Assembly: GCA_027488815.1 (NCBI GenBank)
Contig: JAIYAX010000006.1
Span: 34,185-98,184, forward strand
Reading direction: 5' to 3'
From: Cytophagaceae bacterium
GTDB taxonomy: Bacteria > Bacteroidota > Bacteroidia > Cytophagales > JAIYAX01
Length of the DNA stretch: 64,000 nt
Shown here: piece by piece, positions 47,445-57,189 of the stretch
How the letters are laid out: each line of letters starts with the position of its first letter
How positions within the stretch are numbered: position 1 is the stretch's first letter
Notes under the pieces: model-generated
The model's database searches: none
What the model was told of the DNA's origin: nothing
The model's input: only the letters and a program-made list of their open reading frames with translations
Position numbers and translations under genes: made by a program

Positions 47445-49319
47445 CTAGTTTTTTTGAACTTTTGACAAGTAGGCTTTATTCCAAATACTCATCATAAAGA
47501 AATTCCTTATCAACGTTTCACCAACAGGATAACCCTTTTTATATAAGCTTTTTACTAAAGCTGGATTCATTTTATTAAAAACGGGTAGACCAAAGATATC
47601 ATCATTCTCAAAATTTTCAAGATAGCTCATAAATCTAGAGTTATTGTTCATATAATTACTCCATGGAACACTAAATCCTAGTTTCCTAAAATTTCTTACC
47701 GAATCAGGAAGTCGTTTTGAAACTGAATTAAACAATAACCATTTTCCTTTCTTACCTTTCAACAAACAGTCTGAAGGAAGAGCAGGTATCATTTCTAAAA
47801 AGCGATAATCCAAAAATGGCACTCTACATTCTATAGAAGCGCCCATGGTCATTCTATCATTCCGATCCAAAACTGAACTCATGTGTGTGAATAGATCTAG
47901 GTACATTGCTTGCCGAGACAATTCCTTAGGGTACAAACTTTGAGCCTCTTTCAATATACTAATTCTATATTCGAATTGCTCCAGATCAATTTTAACACCC
48001 AATTGATTCAAATCATAAGGATAAAGCGTTGAAACATTAAACAATACCAAACTTTCAGGACTTATTTCCTTTAAGTAGCGGCTCAACTTATCAAATCGAT
48101 TCACTATACCACTGCCTGGTAGCTTCTGTAAGATTGGGGAAAGATGATGAAGAGTATTTAGGATAAAAGGATACATAAGCGCTTTATACCGGAAATAGCC
48201 TCCCATAAGCTCATCTGCGCCTTCACCTGAAAGCAGAACGGTAACGTGCTTTTTTGCATATTTTGAAAGTGCCAACATTTGTGCATCATTTTGATGAACT
48301 AATGGTTCATCATACAGCCAAGCTGCTTCTTCAAGCATATTGAAAAGATCGGTCCCCTCAAGTGCTATCCCATGATAATCAAAACCAAATTTTTCGGCTA
48401 TAGCCTTAGCCAAAGGACCTTCATTATACATGGGATCTTCGAAAATAACCGTAAATGCAGCAAGTTCTTTATGCCCATTATCTTGAAGTGATGCTGCTAT
48501 ACTACTCGAATCCAATCCACCACTTAGCATCAATCCAACAGGAACATCACTAATAGTACGGTACTGAACAGCAGAAGAGAATGTTTCACTAAACCATTCA
48601 AACGGATTTTTAGGCAATTTTTCACGATTTGTAAGTATTTTATCAGATAAATTCCACCACCTTCTATTTGAAATTTGACCATTTTCAATAGTCATGCTAT
48701 GGCCTGGTAAAAGTCGCTTAACATGCTTGAAAACTGTTTGCTCACCGGCTACGTATCTGAAAAGCAGCAACTCTGTAAATGAGGAGTCATTTAAGTCAGC
48801 TGGAATCCCTGCAGCAAAAATCGCCTTAGGCTCAGAAGCAAAATAAAGAGTGCCATTGTAAATTGAATAGTAAAAAGGCTTAATGCCTACTCGATCTCTA
48901 GCTATGAATAACTTCTGATTTTGCTTATCCCATATAGCAAAGGCGAACATTCCATTTAACTGATCTAAGGCATCCTCACCATAATAATCATACATGTATA
49001 GTAGCACTTCTGTATCTGTACCTGATCGGAATTTATATCCCCTTTTCTCTAAATCTGCTCTTAACTCTTTGAAGTTGAAAATTTCCCCATTGTACGTAAT
49101 TGTTAGACGATTATCATAACTAGAAAAAGGCTGCTTTCCATTTTCCGATAAGTCAAGAATTGACAATCTGCGGTGGCCTAATCCAATATAACTATCTATA
49201 AATATACCTTCACCATCAGGCCCACGATGACGCAAGACCTGGAGCATTGCATTTAATTTCTGCTCCTCAATTGGTTGCTTGCTTTGTAATTGAAGGACTC
49301 CGCTAATTCCGCACATCAA
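47445..49319 (-). CDS. Asparagine synthase (glutamine-hydrolysing) family amidotransferase (AsnB/WbpS-like)
   Basis: 624 aa with Ntn nucleophile MCGI at the N-terminus and PP-loop motif LSGGLDSS. Confidence 0.88.
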   Translation of the reverse strand: MMCGISGVLQLQSKQPIEEQKLNAMLQVLRHRGPDGEGIFIDSYIGLGHRRLSILDLSENGKQPFSSYDNRLTITYNGEIFNFKELRADLEKRGYKFRSGTDTEVLLYMYDYYGEDALDQLNGMFAFAIWDKQNQKLFIARDRVGIKPFYYSIYNGTLYFASEPKAIFAAGIPADLNDSSFTELLLFRYVAGEQTVFKHVKRLLPGHSMTIENGQISNRRWWNLSDKILTNREKLPKNPFEWFSETFSSAVQYRTISDVPVGLMLSGGLDSSSIAASLQDNGHKELAAFTVIFEDPMYNEGPLAKAIAEKFGFDYHGIALEGTDLFNMLEEAAWLYDEPLVHQNDAQMLALSKYAKKHVTVLLSGEGADELMGGYFRYKALMYPFILNTLHHLSPILQKLPGSGIVNRFDKLSRYLKEISPESLVLFNVSTLYPYDLNQLGVKIDLEQFEYRISILKEAQSLYPKELSRQAMYLDLFTHMSSVLDRNDRMTMGASIECRVPFLDYRFLEMIPALPSDCLLKGKKGKWLLFNSVSKRLPDSVRNFRKLGFSVPWSNYMNNNSRFMSYLENFENDDIFGLPVFNKMNPALVKSLYKKGYPVGETLIRNFFMMSIWNKAYLSKVQKN

Positions 49320-50346
49320 TCAATTCGTTATATTGTTTTATAAACAGACTCACAGAAGACTGAACCTCAGCTAGCTCAATTGCCTTATCTCTGTTTACTA
49401 ATACTTTACTCTTCCAATACTCCCTATTTTCCCAAACATTAGAACATGCGTCAGCAATTGATTTTTCATCAAAGTCTAGCAAGAATCCATTATCTAATTG
49501 ATTTATCAAAAGATGGTTAGCCGGTAGTTTGCTTACCATTGGTATACAACCACTTGCCATTGCTTCTAATAAAGATGAAGAAAAACCCTCAGTTTCTGGT
49601 AAAGAAATGTAGACATCAGACTCAGACAACGTCAGAATAACCGTTTCGTAACTTACTGCACCGTGTAATATCACCTTGAAATTATCAGGGACTTCTAAAG
49701 CTCTTTTTTCCAGATGCAATCTAAGAGGTCCGTCACCTAGTATGTGCCATATAAAATGTATATGCTTATTTCTCATTGCGGCTTGAAGAATTCCGTTAAA
49801 AATAATTATATGATTATATTCTTTATTAAGTGAACGTGTAGTGACAAAGATCAACTGATTCTCATTTATAAAAGGTACTTTAAATATAAATCTGTTAAAA
49901 TCTATACCTCTATGCCTGATCAATACTTTAGACTTAGAAACGCCATGTTTTAGTATCGAAGGAAGCATGTTCTCTGACCAAACATGTATCAAATCAGCGG
50001 TTATAGCCGCTCTTTTTGCTAAACGTCTTACTATAAAATTACTCCAATGACCCGGGGGCCAAACGTCCTCCTCACCTTGTGCAGCTACCACAAATGGATG
50101 AAAACCAGTAAGAGATCCTAAAAAACCATACGAGGTAGTTCTATAGGCAATTAGTACATCTGGCTGGAACACTCTGATAAGTCTCTTTACTTCAAAAAAT
50201 TCCTTAATCATGTACACAAGCCAAAGCCATTTTGCTATTGGCAAAAATGACCAAACCAGCACTTCTGCATGCCCAAAATGTTCAAGTTGTCGTTTCCATA
50301 ATTGTGTATTGGCAGATTTTCCATCTGCAAGCATTAAAATTTTCAA
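49303..50346 (-). CDS. Family 4 (GT-B) glycosyltransferase
   Basis: 347 aa with the C-terminal GT4 signature PETEGFSSSLLEAMASGCIPMVS...DNGFLLD. Confidence 0.7.
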   Translation of the reverse strand: MKILMLADGKSANTQLWKRQLEHFGHAEVLVWSFLPIAKWLWLVYMIKEFFEVKRLIRVFQPDVLIAYRTTSYGFLGSLTGFHPFVVAAQGEEDVWPPGHWSNFIVRRLAKRAAITADLIHVWSENMLPSILKHGVSKSKVLIRHRGIDFNRFIFKVPFINENQLIFVTTRSLNKEYNHIIIFNGILQAAMRNKHIHFIWHILGDGPLRLHLEKRALEVPDNFKVILHGAVSYETVILTLSESDVYISLPETEGFSSSLLEAMASGCIPMVSKLPANHLLINQLDNGFLLDFDEKSIADACSNVWENREYWKSKVLVNRDKAIELAEVQSSVSLFIKQYNELIDVRN

Positions 50347-50355
50347 TGGATCAGT

Positions 50356-51495
50356 TTAGAGTACTTCTTGAATAATTCGGCCATGAAAACGTTCATAGGT
50401 AAATAAAGAAGCTGTCTCATAAGCTTTGTCCGCAACAGTATCAATTTTGTCCTTCAACTCTGTCACCAACTTTAATACTCTTATGATTTCATCTTTATTT
50501 AAAGTAGAGAATAAAAATCCATTTTCACCATGATGAATATACTGCTCCAAAGCTGAAACCCTAGTAACAACTGGTATACATCTGTATAACATACCTTCTG
50601 CAATTACTTTTGGAAATCCTTCAGAACTACTTGGTAGTACCAAAACATGTGAGGTTTTTAACACTTTCTCAAATATCTCGTGCCTTGGAAGGTATCCTGG
50701 TAATATTAGTGGGAAAGGAAGAGTTTTGACCAATGCCGATAGTGAAAGAAATAGGGGCCCATCTCCGACAAGTGTTAATGAGCCTACACTTTTGACCAAC
50801 GCTGGATCTTGAAGGGCTTCAATCAATAGCAAAGGTCCTTTAAACGCTTCAAGATGCCCAACAAAGCACCAATGCAGCGGTTCGCTTAAAGAATGTTTAA
50901 TCTTGTTATTTACACTTTGAGATAAATAGTCACGTTCGGTGAAACAAGGATTTTCCATTGAAACAAACCCTTTGTGTAGGCCTGGCCATTGACCATTTAT
51001 CGTTATCTTAACATTTACTCGATCCAATTGCAGAAGTGTTTTCTTCTGCCAGTCAAAGGCCCAGGCTGCATTCTTCTCTCCCCAGTTACCAGCATACTTA
51101 ATCCAAAAATGTTTCTTAGAAAACCTAAACCATTTTAATAAGAAAATAACAATTAATGCTGGCACTGAAGGAGCCCTTAAATGAACCACTTGAGCCTTGA
51201 ATATCTCTCTTAATATGATAATGGCTTGAACGGGTAAACTAAGCAACACCCTAAGCTTATTTACTTTTGAAGAACCTCCTCTCCAATTTGGGAGCAAGAT
51301 CCAGTTCCAAAAAGTAGATCGAGTTATTTCAACTGTAGCAGCACTTTGACCCGGCCTCCTATAAGTGATCCATGAGATGGAAGAAAAATCCTCTTTAAAA
51401 AGACTAACCTCTTTATAAGTGGGTTCAAATATTTGATATGCTCCCCCAGAGCTGTAAACAGGCGTATCAGAACAAATCAGAAGTTTTGGCTTCAT
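50356..51495 (-). CDS. Family 4 (GT-B) glycosyltransferase
   Basis: 379 aa with SSSEGFPKVIAEGMLYRCIPVVT...GENGFLF. Confidence 0.7.
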   Translation of the reverse strand: MKPKLLICSDTPVYSSGGAYQIFEPTYKEVSLFKEDFSSISWITYRRPGQSAATVEITRSTFWNWILLPNWRGGSSKVNKLRVLLSLPVQAIIILREIFKAQVVHLRAPSVPALIVIFLLKWFRFSKKHFWIKYAGNWGEKNAAWAFDWQKKTLLQLDRVNVKITINGQWPGLHKGFVSMENPCFTERDYLSQSVNNKIKHSLSEPLHWCFVGHLEAFKGPLLLIEALQDPALVKSVGSLTLVGDGPLFLSLSALVKTLPFPLILPGYLPRHEIFEKVLKTSHVLVLPSSSEGFPKVIAEGMLYRCIPVVTRVSALEQYIHHGENGFLFSTLNKDEIIRVLKLVTELKDKIDTVADKAYETASLFTYERFHGRIIQEVL

Positions 51496-52175
51496 TTTTT
51501 CTTAAACACCATCATTATATCCTGACCCATTAGTCTCCCGAGCCCAATCATTTGAACAAAGGATTGAAAGGCAAAAAGCCAATTGTCAGGTAATCTACCC
51601 ATTCCAGGAAACAACAACTGAAATCGCTCTTTAACTATCAAGCCAAATCCTACCTCATTCAATGATTTCAAAAGCTGACTCTCATCAATCTTATTTACCC
51701 TTTGTTTTCTACCACCACCTAAATGATACAATCTATTTAGTGGATGATGATCATCCGTCATTTGCAAAACCAATTTAGTCTCTCTGCCTGAAAGGTCAGC
51801 TATAGTTGAAATTGCTTTTTGAATGGAGGGTACATGGGCTAGAACACCAATGCATAAGATCACATTAGGCTTTTTATTCACTTTTAACTCCTCTAATGAA
51901 GTGTGTAAAAAATGAGCCTTCGGCCTTTCTGTTGGTTGCAATCGACTTTCAACAAGATCCAGCATAGGTTTTGAAAAGTCACAGAAATAAACTTCATTTT
52001 CTGAAAGCCAATCGACAGATAAACTACCATCTCCGCAGCCAATATCGAGAATAATCTGATTTCTTGGTTTTTCTCCCAAAAGGCGATCAATGATTTGTTT
52101 CCTAAGTCTAATTCCAAAGTTCTTATGTAAATACTGAGCGGGTTGCTCAAAAAATGATTTAGGTTCGTAACTCAT
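51492..52175 (-). CDS. Class I SAM-dependent methyltransferase
   Basis: 227 aa with SAM motif I ILDIGCGDGS. It has 4-nt overlaps with both neighbours. Confidence 0.75.
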   Translation of the reverse strand: MSYEPKSFFEQPAQYLHKNFGIRLRKQIIDRLLGEKPRNQIILDIGCGDGSLSVDWLSENEVYFCDFSKPMLDLVESRLQPTERPKAHFLHTSLEELKVNKKPNVILCIGVLAHVPSIQKAISTIADLSGRETKLVLQMTDDHHPLNRLYHLGGGRKQRVNKIDESQLLKSLNEVGFGLIVKERFQLLFPGMGRLPDNWLFAFQSFVQMIGLGRLMGQDIMMVFKKK

Positions 52176-53248
52176 GCCTTCAGCAACATTTCATAAGACT
52201 CCCCCATTTTTTTCACATCATGTTGCAGTGCCCAAACAACTGCCCCTTCTGAAAACTCTCCATAACGGCTTACTATCTCTCGAATAGCTGAAACCAGTGC
52301 ATGATGATCTTTAGGATCAATAAGCAATCCTGAAGTACCATGATGGACAGATTGCTCCAGACCTGTTCCAGCTGATCCTATGGCAGGCATACCTCTAAGG
52401 TTGGCTTCCAAAACTGCAATCCCAAATCCTTCAACATCACCATCTGGCTGATTTTCACTTAGCATAACAAAAATGGAAGGTGAGTTTAACCAATTTTCCT
52501 TCTCACTATCAGAAAGTACTCCATGAAAAAACACACTCTTCATTATTGAACTGTCAGTGGTCCTTTTTATTTGCTCAATAATATTTTCATTTCTCTGGCC
52601 AATTATATGGTATTCTAAACCGGGAAATTCCTTCGATAAAGCGCTCATTGCAGCAATTACATTATGCTGTCCTTTTCGAAGACTTACAGATCCAACCGTA
52701 ATCAATTTAATCGGTAGAGAGCATTGATTTTTAGTCAAGTATCGATGACTAATATCAATCCCATTGGGGATAACTTTCAGCCTCGAATTAAAACTTGACT
52801 CTTTTAGTGTAGATATAGCAAAGTTTGAAACGCCGACAATATAATCAGCCCTATTGCAGCAGTACATAAAAAGAGATTTCCGCCAAGAATGTAACATTCT
52901 TGGCTCATGGCCATGTAAAATAATCACCTTCTTAGCTCTAGTAACCATTGCAACAGGTAGTATCAAAAATAACATCGCCATGCCTGAAAAGAAAACTGTG
53001 TCAACCTGACGATAATTCCAGAGTATAGAGAGGGCTTTACATAGCTTAACTATGGGCATTGCATTAGTCGAATAGCGTAATACAACAAAAGGGTATGAGC
53101 CATTGTCACCATATTCAGGACGATCTGCTGAGTACACAACCACTTTCCAGTTATTGCTTTGAAAATAATTTGCCAGATCAGATGAATGACGTCCAATACC
53201 GCCTGGACCTGGTGGGAATTCAGATGTTAGAAAAAGTAACTTACCCAA
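52172..53248 (-). CDS. Family 4 glycosyltransferase
   Basis: 358 aa with N-terminus KLLFLTSEFPPGPGGIGRH and C-terminal VEGFGIAVLEANLRGMPAIGS...GTSGLLID. Confidence 0.78.
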   Translation of the reverse strand: MGKLLFLTSEFPPGPGGIGRHSSDLANYFQSNNWKVVVYSADRPEYGDNGSYPFVVLRYSTNAMPIVKLCKALSILWNYRQVDTVFFSGMAMLFLILPVAMVTRAKKVIILHGHEPRMLHSWRKSLFMYCCNRADYIVGVSNFAISTLKESSFNSRLKVIPNGIDISHRYLTKNQCSLPIKLITVGSVSLRKGQHNVIAAMSALSKEFPGLEYHIIGQRNENIIEQIKRTTDSSIMKSVFFHGVLSDSEKENWLNSPSIFVMLSENQPDGDVEGFGIAVLEANLRGMPAIGSAGTGLEQSVHHGTSGLLIDPKDHHALVSAIREIVSRYGEFSEGAVVWALQHDVKKMGESYEMLLKA

Positions 53249-54737
53249 GTCGAGCCAGTATCGATTTATATCCCTTCATAGATTTTTGCCATTTAATCGG
53301 CATCAATAACAGACCTAACAATCCTCTTAAAACCCCTACTTTTTTAAAAGCACCCAGGTAAAACATCAGATTTTGCAAGTTATGATACTCAGAAGGGTAA
53401 TACGTTTGTATCATATATTGCTGAGTAGGTGGTGGAAAAGCAGCTGTTATAGATGAAGAATATCTCCACCAAGCTCCATGAACTCGCATTCCACCTTGAG
53501 GAGCTTTGTGGTGTGTTTGAATAGCCTTATGATTAAAGACAATTAATTTTCCAGCTAGAAACAAACGTCGACCAAAGTCATCGTCAGCACCTGAACCTCT
53601 GTCAAATGCGAGGTTTAATCCATTCACAGAAAGTGCTGTCTCTTTACGCATAAATGCATTTCCCGTCGCAAGAACATCTGCAATTGACCATTGGCGATTA
53701 CGAATGGGTATATAGCTTTCATCTTTCCAGGGTGCAAGCGAAACCCCTGTACTCACATCAGCAATCGTTGTACTTAACAAAGACCAATGTGCCGCCATCA
53801 TGCCGGGCCATGCTTCAGTATCATCTTCAAAAAACAACAGCCAGTCAGTCTTTGACTCCTGTATTGCCAGATTTCTAGAAACACACTGACCTGGACTATC
53901 TAAGTAAAATACTTTTATCTGCTCTCTTTCCAAATATGGCCTATATACTTCCTCCCTTCGTTCTTCTGATTTTGTCTGATCCACAACTATAATTTCAAAA
54001 GGAGGATATTCCGACTTAAGCAAGCTGTCAATGCTTCTACCTATATAGTCATAACGATGAATAGTAGGGATGATTGCAGAGTACGGTGGACAATCTGCTT
54101 TTAGGTCATTACTTTTCTTTAAAATGACAGGGTGATTCTTTAATATCTCATGATTATATGGCTTAATCCTTAAAAATGGAAGTCCTAAATAAAAGCCAAT
54201 TGACTTTGCAGTGAAGGCCCCTAGATGTCGCTGACTAAATAGGACAAGATCCCTGTTTGTTGGAGGTAGCGTAAGATGAAGGTCAGCTTCTTTCAACAAC
54301 TTGCCCCAGAGAGCCTGATAGCAAACCATCGCTCCGGCCCTCATACATCGAAAGGTAAACTCTGAAAAGGTTGATCGAAGGGAAAGCGTTTCATCAAATC
54401 CTCTTTCAGCATCCCAAAGTGATTTTCTAAATGCAATCACCTGTTGCCCTGAAAGCCAACTAAAGGAATTTGAAGCTGCTGATGGGATTAAAAAATTCCA
54501 GTTAAAAACAAACTGCTGAAGTATAGCCCAGCCTTTAATACCCTCTTCTACTAAACCTGCATGACAAATATCAAACTTAGTAAGCGCCTCTTCAATTCCT
54601 TTAGCTAACCTCTCATGTAGTACAATAGGCGCAATTAACACCAATGTCTCATTATCAAGTTGAGCAATTTTTTTATTGAGTAAATCTACGTTACTAATTT
54701 CTTCGGTTGCGAAAAATGAGACTTTAGAGTTACTCAT
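53241..54737 (-). CDS. Two-domain family 2 glycosyltransferase (degenerate N-terminal GT-A-like half plus canonical GT2 domain)
   Basis: 498 aa. Residues from about 215 onward begin YSAIIPTIHRYDYIGRSIDSL...FEIIVVDQT with FFEDD downstream (GT2). Residues about 90-135 (FRKSLWDAERGFDE...FTFRCMRAGAMVCY) resemble the C-terminal half of another GT2 domain. Confidence 0.7.
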   Translation of the reverse strand: MSNSKVSFFATEEISNVDLLNKKIAQLDNETLVLIAPIVLHERLAKGIEEALTKFDICHAGLVEEGIKGWAILQQFVFNWNFLIPSAASNSFSWLSGQQVIAFRKSLWDAERGFDETLSLRSTFSEFTFRCMRAGAMVCYQALWGKLLKEADLHLTLPPTNRDLVLFSQRHLGAFTAKSIGFYLGLPFLRIKPYNHEILKNHPVILKKSNDLKADCPPYSAIIPTIHRYDYIGRSIDSLLKSEYPPFEIIVVDQTKSEERREEVYRPYLEREQIKVFYLDSPGQCVSRNLAIQESKTDWLLFFEDDTEAWPGMMAAHWSLLSTTIADVSTGVSLAPWKDESYIPIRNRQWSIADVLATGNAFMRKETALSVNGLNLAFDRGSGADDDFGRRLFLAGKLIVFNHKAIQTHHKAPQGGMRVHGAWWRYSSSITAAFPPPTQQYMIQTYYPSEYHNLQNLMFYLGAFKKVGVLRGLLGLLLMPIKWQKSMKGYKSILARLG

Positions 54738-56086
54738 TTAATAAGCTTTACTCGTGTTTTTGCCTGATTGATCCAGTACAATGGTGCAACTGATAATCCA
54801 AATACAAACGACAATTGACCAGCCAAGGTGAACATAGCTGCCTGCGCCCAGAAGGTTTCTCCGACAAACATGGTAAACAATACACCACAGAACGTAACCC
54901 ACATAAAGCTGGAAACAATCTGTATCCTCCGATTAGTTGCATGTATCATTGAATAAAGATTCTGCCAAACTTTACTCAAAAAAGTAATGAAAAAGATGAA
55001 TCCAACTAATCCTAGCTCCATCAATACATGAAGATAATTATTGTGGGCGCCGTTAGCTCCAATAAATTTGAATATGTTCTGAAAACCTGTGCCTGTGATA
55101 AGCAGGTAAGGCTTATTGCTTAATGTTCCGATGATATCTTCATAAATCACCGTTCGTTCCTGATAGACCCCTGCATAGCCAAGTTTCTCTATTCTGGAAG
55201 AAACCCGTTCTTCATACTTTTCTTCTATCCGCTCTTTTATTTTTTCACCCCCAAACTGAAAATAAACAAGCACTCCAAGAGCGGAAAGTGACAGCACGAC
55301 AATGGCTTTCCCTCTTTGAATAAATAGATAGGCCAGCAATGCCCCTGCCAGCCCAAGGGCGAAAGTGCGTGTGCCACCAAAAATCGGTACTACCACCATA
55401 ATGGAAATAATCAAACCAATGATTACTTTCCAAATCATATTCTGCTCTAGACTTAAATAGGCCAGACCCATAAAAATGCCGACCAACATGATCACCCCAA
55501 TATGCTTATGATGAGGAGATAGCGTAGCGACCGGTGCATCACTTTCACTATACATGTTAAGCCAGTACTCAGGCCATAAAGACGGAATCAATTCTAAACC
55601 CTGGGCAAAAGCGATGAGCGCAACAAATGCCGTTGTCCAAAAAAATACCCTATATGCCCTCCAAACCTGTCGTTCAGTGCTTAATACTGCAATTACCAGC
55701 ATGGGCAAAGTGAAATAGGCCAAAAGACGATAAAAGCGTATCATCCTTGGAAGAAAAAATTCGAAGCCACTATAAGAAACCGAAATGAATATAGAAACAA
55801 AAACAAGAATGACAAGTATCCATAAAGCATTAGTAAACAATATCTTAGAATTTAACAACCGCTTAAAATGCCGATAAACCTGTGGCATACTTAGGTAGTA
55901 GCCATAGACAAGCGGAAATATGTAATCGTATACCCTGAAATCACTGTCAAAACCCCCAATTGAGAAGCGGCCCAGTGGTAAACAATAAAATAAGGAAACC
56001 ATCAACACCAATAAGGGCCAGGTGGGCACTTTTTCAATATTTTGAAAATAAGGACTGATGCTCGTTAGGCTTTCCTTAGGATGCAT
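54734..56086 (-). CDS. O-antigen polymerase/ligase-family membrane protein (Wzy-like)
   Basis: At least 10 TM helices with the Wzy_C-like motif GAHNNYLHVLMELGLVGF. The ORF track starts at 56188. Met35 (ATG at 56086) reduces the overlap with the upstream GT gene to 11 nt. Confidence 0.7.
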   Translation of the reverse strand: MHPKESLTSISPYFQNIEKVPTWPLLVLMVSLFYCLPLGRFSIGGFDSDFRVYDYIFPLVYGYYLSMPQVYRHFKRLLNSKILFTNALWILVILVFVSIFISVSYSGFEFFLPRMIRFYRLLAYFTLPMLVIAVLSTERQVWRAYRVFFWTTAFVALIAFAQGLELIPSLWPEYWLNMYSESDAPVATLSPHHKHIGVIMLVGIFMGLAYLSLEQNMIWKVIIGLIISIMVVVPIFGGTRTFALGLAGALLAYLFIQRGKAIVVLSLSALGVLVYFQFGGEKIKERIEEKYEERVSSRIEKLGYAGVYQERTVIYEDIIGTLSNKPYLLITGTGFQNIFKFIGANGAHNNYLHVLMELGLVGFIFFITFLSKVWQNLYSMIHATNRRIQIVSSFMWVTFCGVLFTMFVGETFWAQAAMFTLAGQLSFVFGLSVAPLYWINQAKTRVKLIK

Positions 56087-57182
56087 AGTGCTTGGTAAGA
56101 AGAGCCAAGGTATGTTCGATGGAAAACTCCCTGTGTATAAAATTCCTTGCTTCTTGACCTGTAGAATTGGCAAAAGCTGGATTTTCAATTAAATGTATAA
56201 AGTGTTCCGCAATCTTTTCAGGCTTAACATCTTTGTTCACTATGCCCCCTCCGCTACTAAATAACTCTTCCACATTACCGACCGGATTTGCTACAACCGG
56301 TAGAGCAAATGACATAGCCTCAATCACGACATTTGGCATGCCCTCATAATCACTAAGCAAAGCAGTACAATCAAAAAGTGGGTAGTAGTCTGCTATGGGG
56401 TTTACAATACCCAGAAACTTAATCTGTTCAGAAAGACCCTCCGAAAGCACCTGTTGACTTACTGCCTCCCTGAAGGGGCCGTCACCGATATAAATCAAGG
56501 TAATTCTATTTGCATACTCTTGGTTTAGCAACTTAAAAACCTTAAGCATTAACGATTGGCCCTTGTTGGCTGCAAAGCGTGCTACATAGCCTATTAGAAA
56601 TCGATCCGAGTCAATACCAAGTTTTGCTCTTTGCAGCGTTCGCTGATTTGGATCTAACTCAGGAAGTACAATACCGTTGGGAATTACCGGGATTTTAGCC
56701 AAAGGGTAACGCATCAAAACACTCAAATGCCTGCTAACCTCAATCGAATTGCCACTATAGTGTACTCCAAACGCCTTTAGCAAATAAAACTGTACCCTTC
56801 TGCGCCACAATGCGATTCCTTTCAAGGGATAACAATTCCGCTCGGTGACCATAAAATTTAATCCGGCGCATGCCCATGCCAAAATCCACTGTTGCAGTAA
56901 GGAGAAATTGACCTGTGTATGCCATATATCAGCTTTTATACTTCGTACCAACAACATTAAGGCCCACCAGGATTTTAAGTTTCTTTGCCAACGGGCAGGT
57001 GCCTCAAGCACCTTGATACCTGCTGCATCCAGTGCAGAAAGAAAAATACCCCTCCTTGCATGTAAACACAATACAACAGGCTCAAACAAGCCTTTGGCTT
57101 TGGCCTGCAAGGCGATGGTGCTTACAAAGCGCTCTAAGCCTCCGGCTTCAAGAGTTCCTGTGGCGAGGATAACTACCTTCAT
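56076..57182 (-). CDS. Family 4 glycosyltransferase
   Basis: 368 aa with SDYEGMPNVVIEAMSFALPVVANPVGNVEEL. Confidence 0.78.
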   Translation of the reverse strand: MKVVILATGTLEAGGLERFVSTIALQAKAKGLFEPVVLCLHARRGIFLSALDAAGIKVLEAPARWQRNLKSWWALMLLVRSIKADIWHTQVNFSLLQQWILAWACAGLNFMVTERNCYPLKGIALWRRRVQFYLLKAFGVHYSGNSIEVSRHLSVLMRYPLAKIPVIPNGIVLPELDPNQRTLQRAKLGIDSDRFLIGYVARFAANKGQSLMLKVFKLLNQEYANRITLIYIGDGPFREAVSQQVLSEGLSEQIKFLGIVNPIADYYPLFDCTALLSDYEGMPNVVIEAMSFALPVVANPVGNVEELFSSGGGIVNKDVKPEKIAEHFIHLIENPAFANSTGQEARNFIHREFSIEHTLALLTKHYAS

Positions 57183-57189
57183 TAATTGG

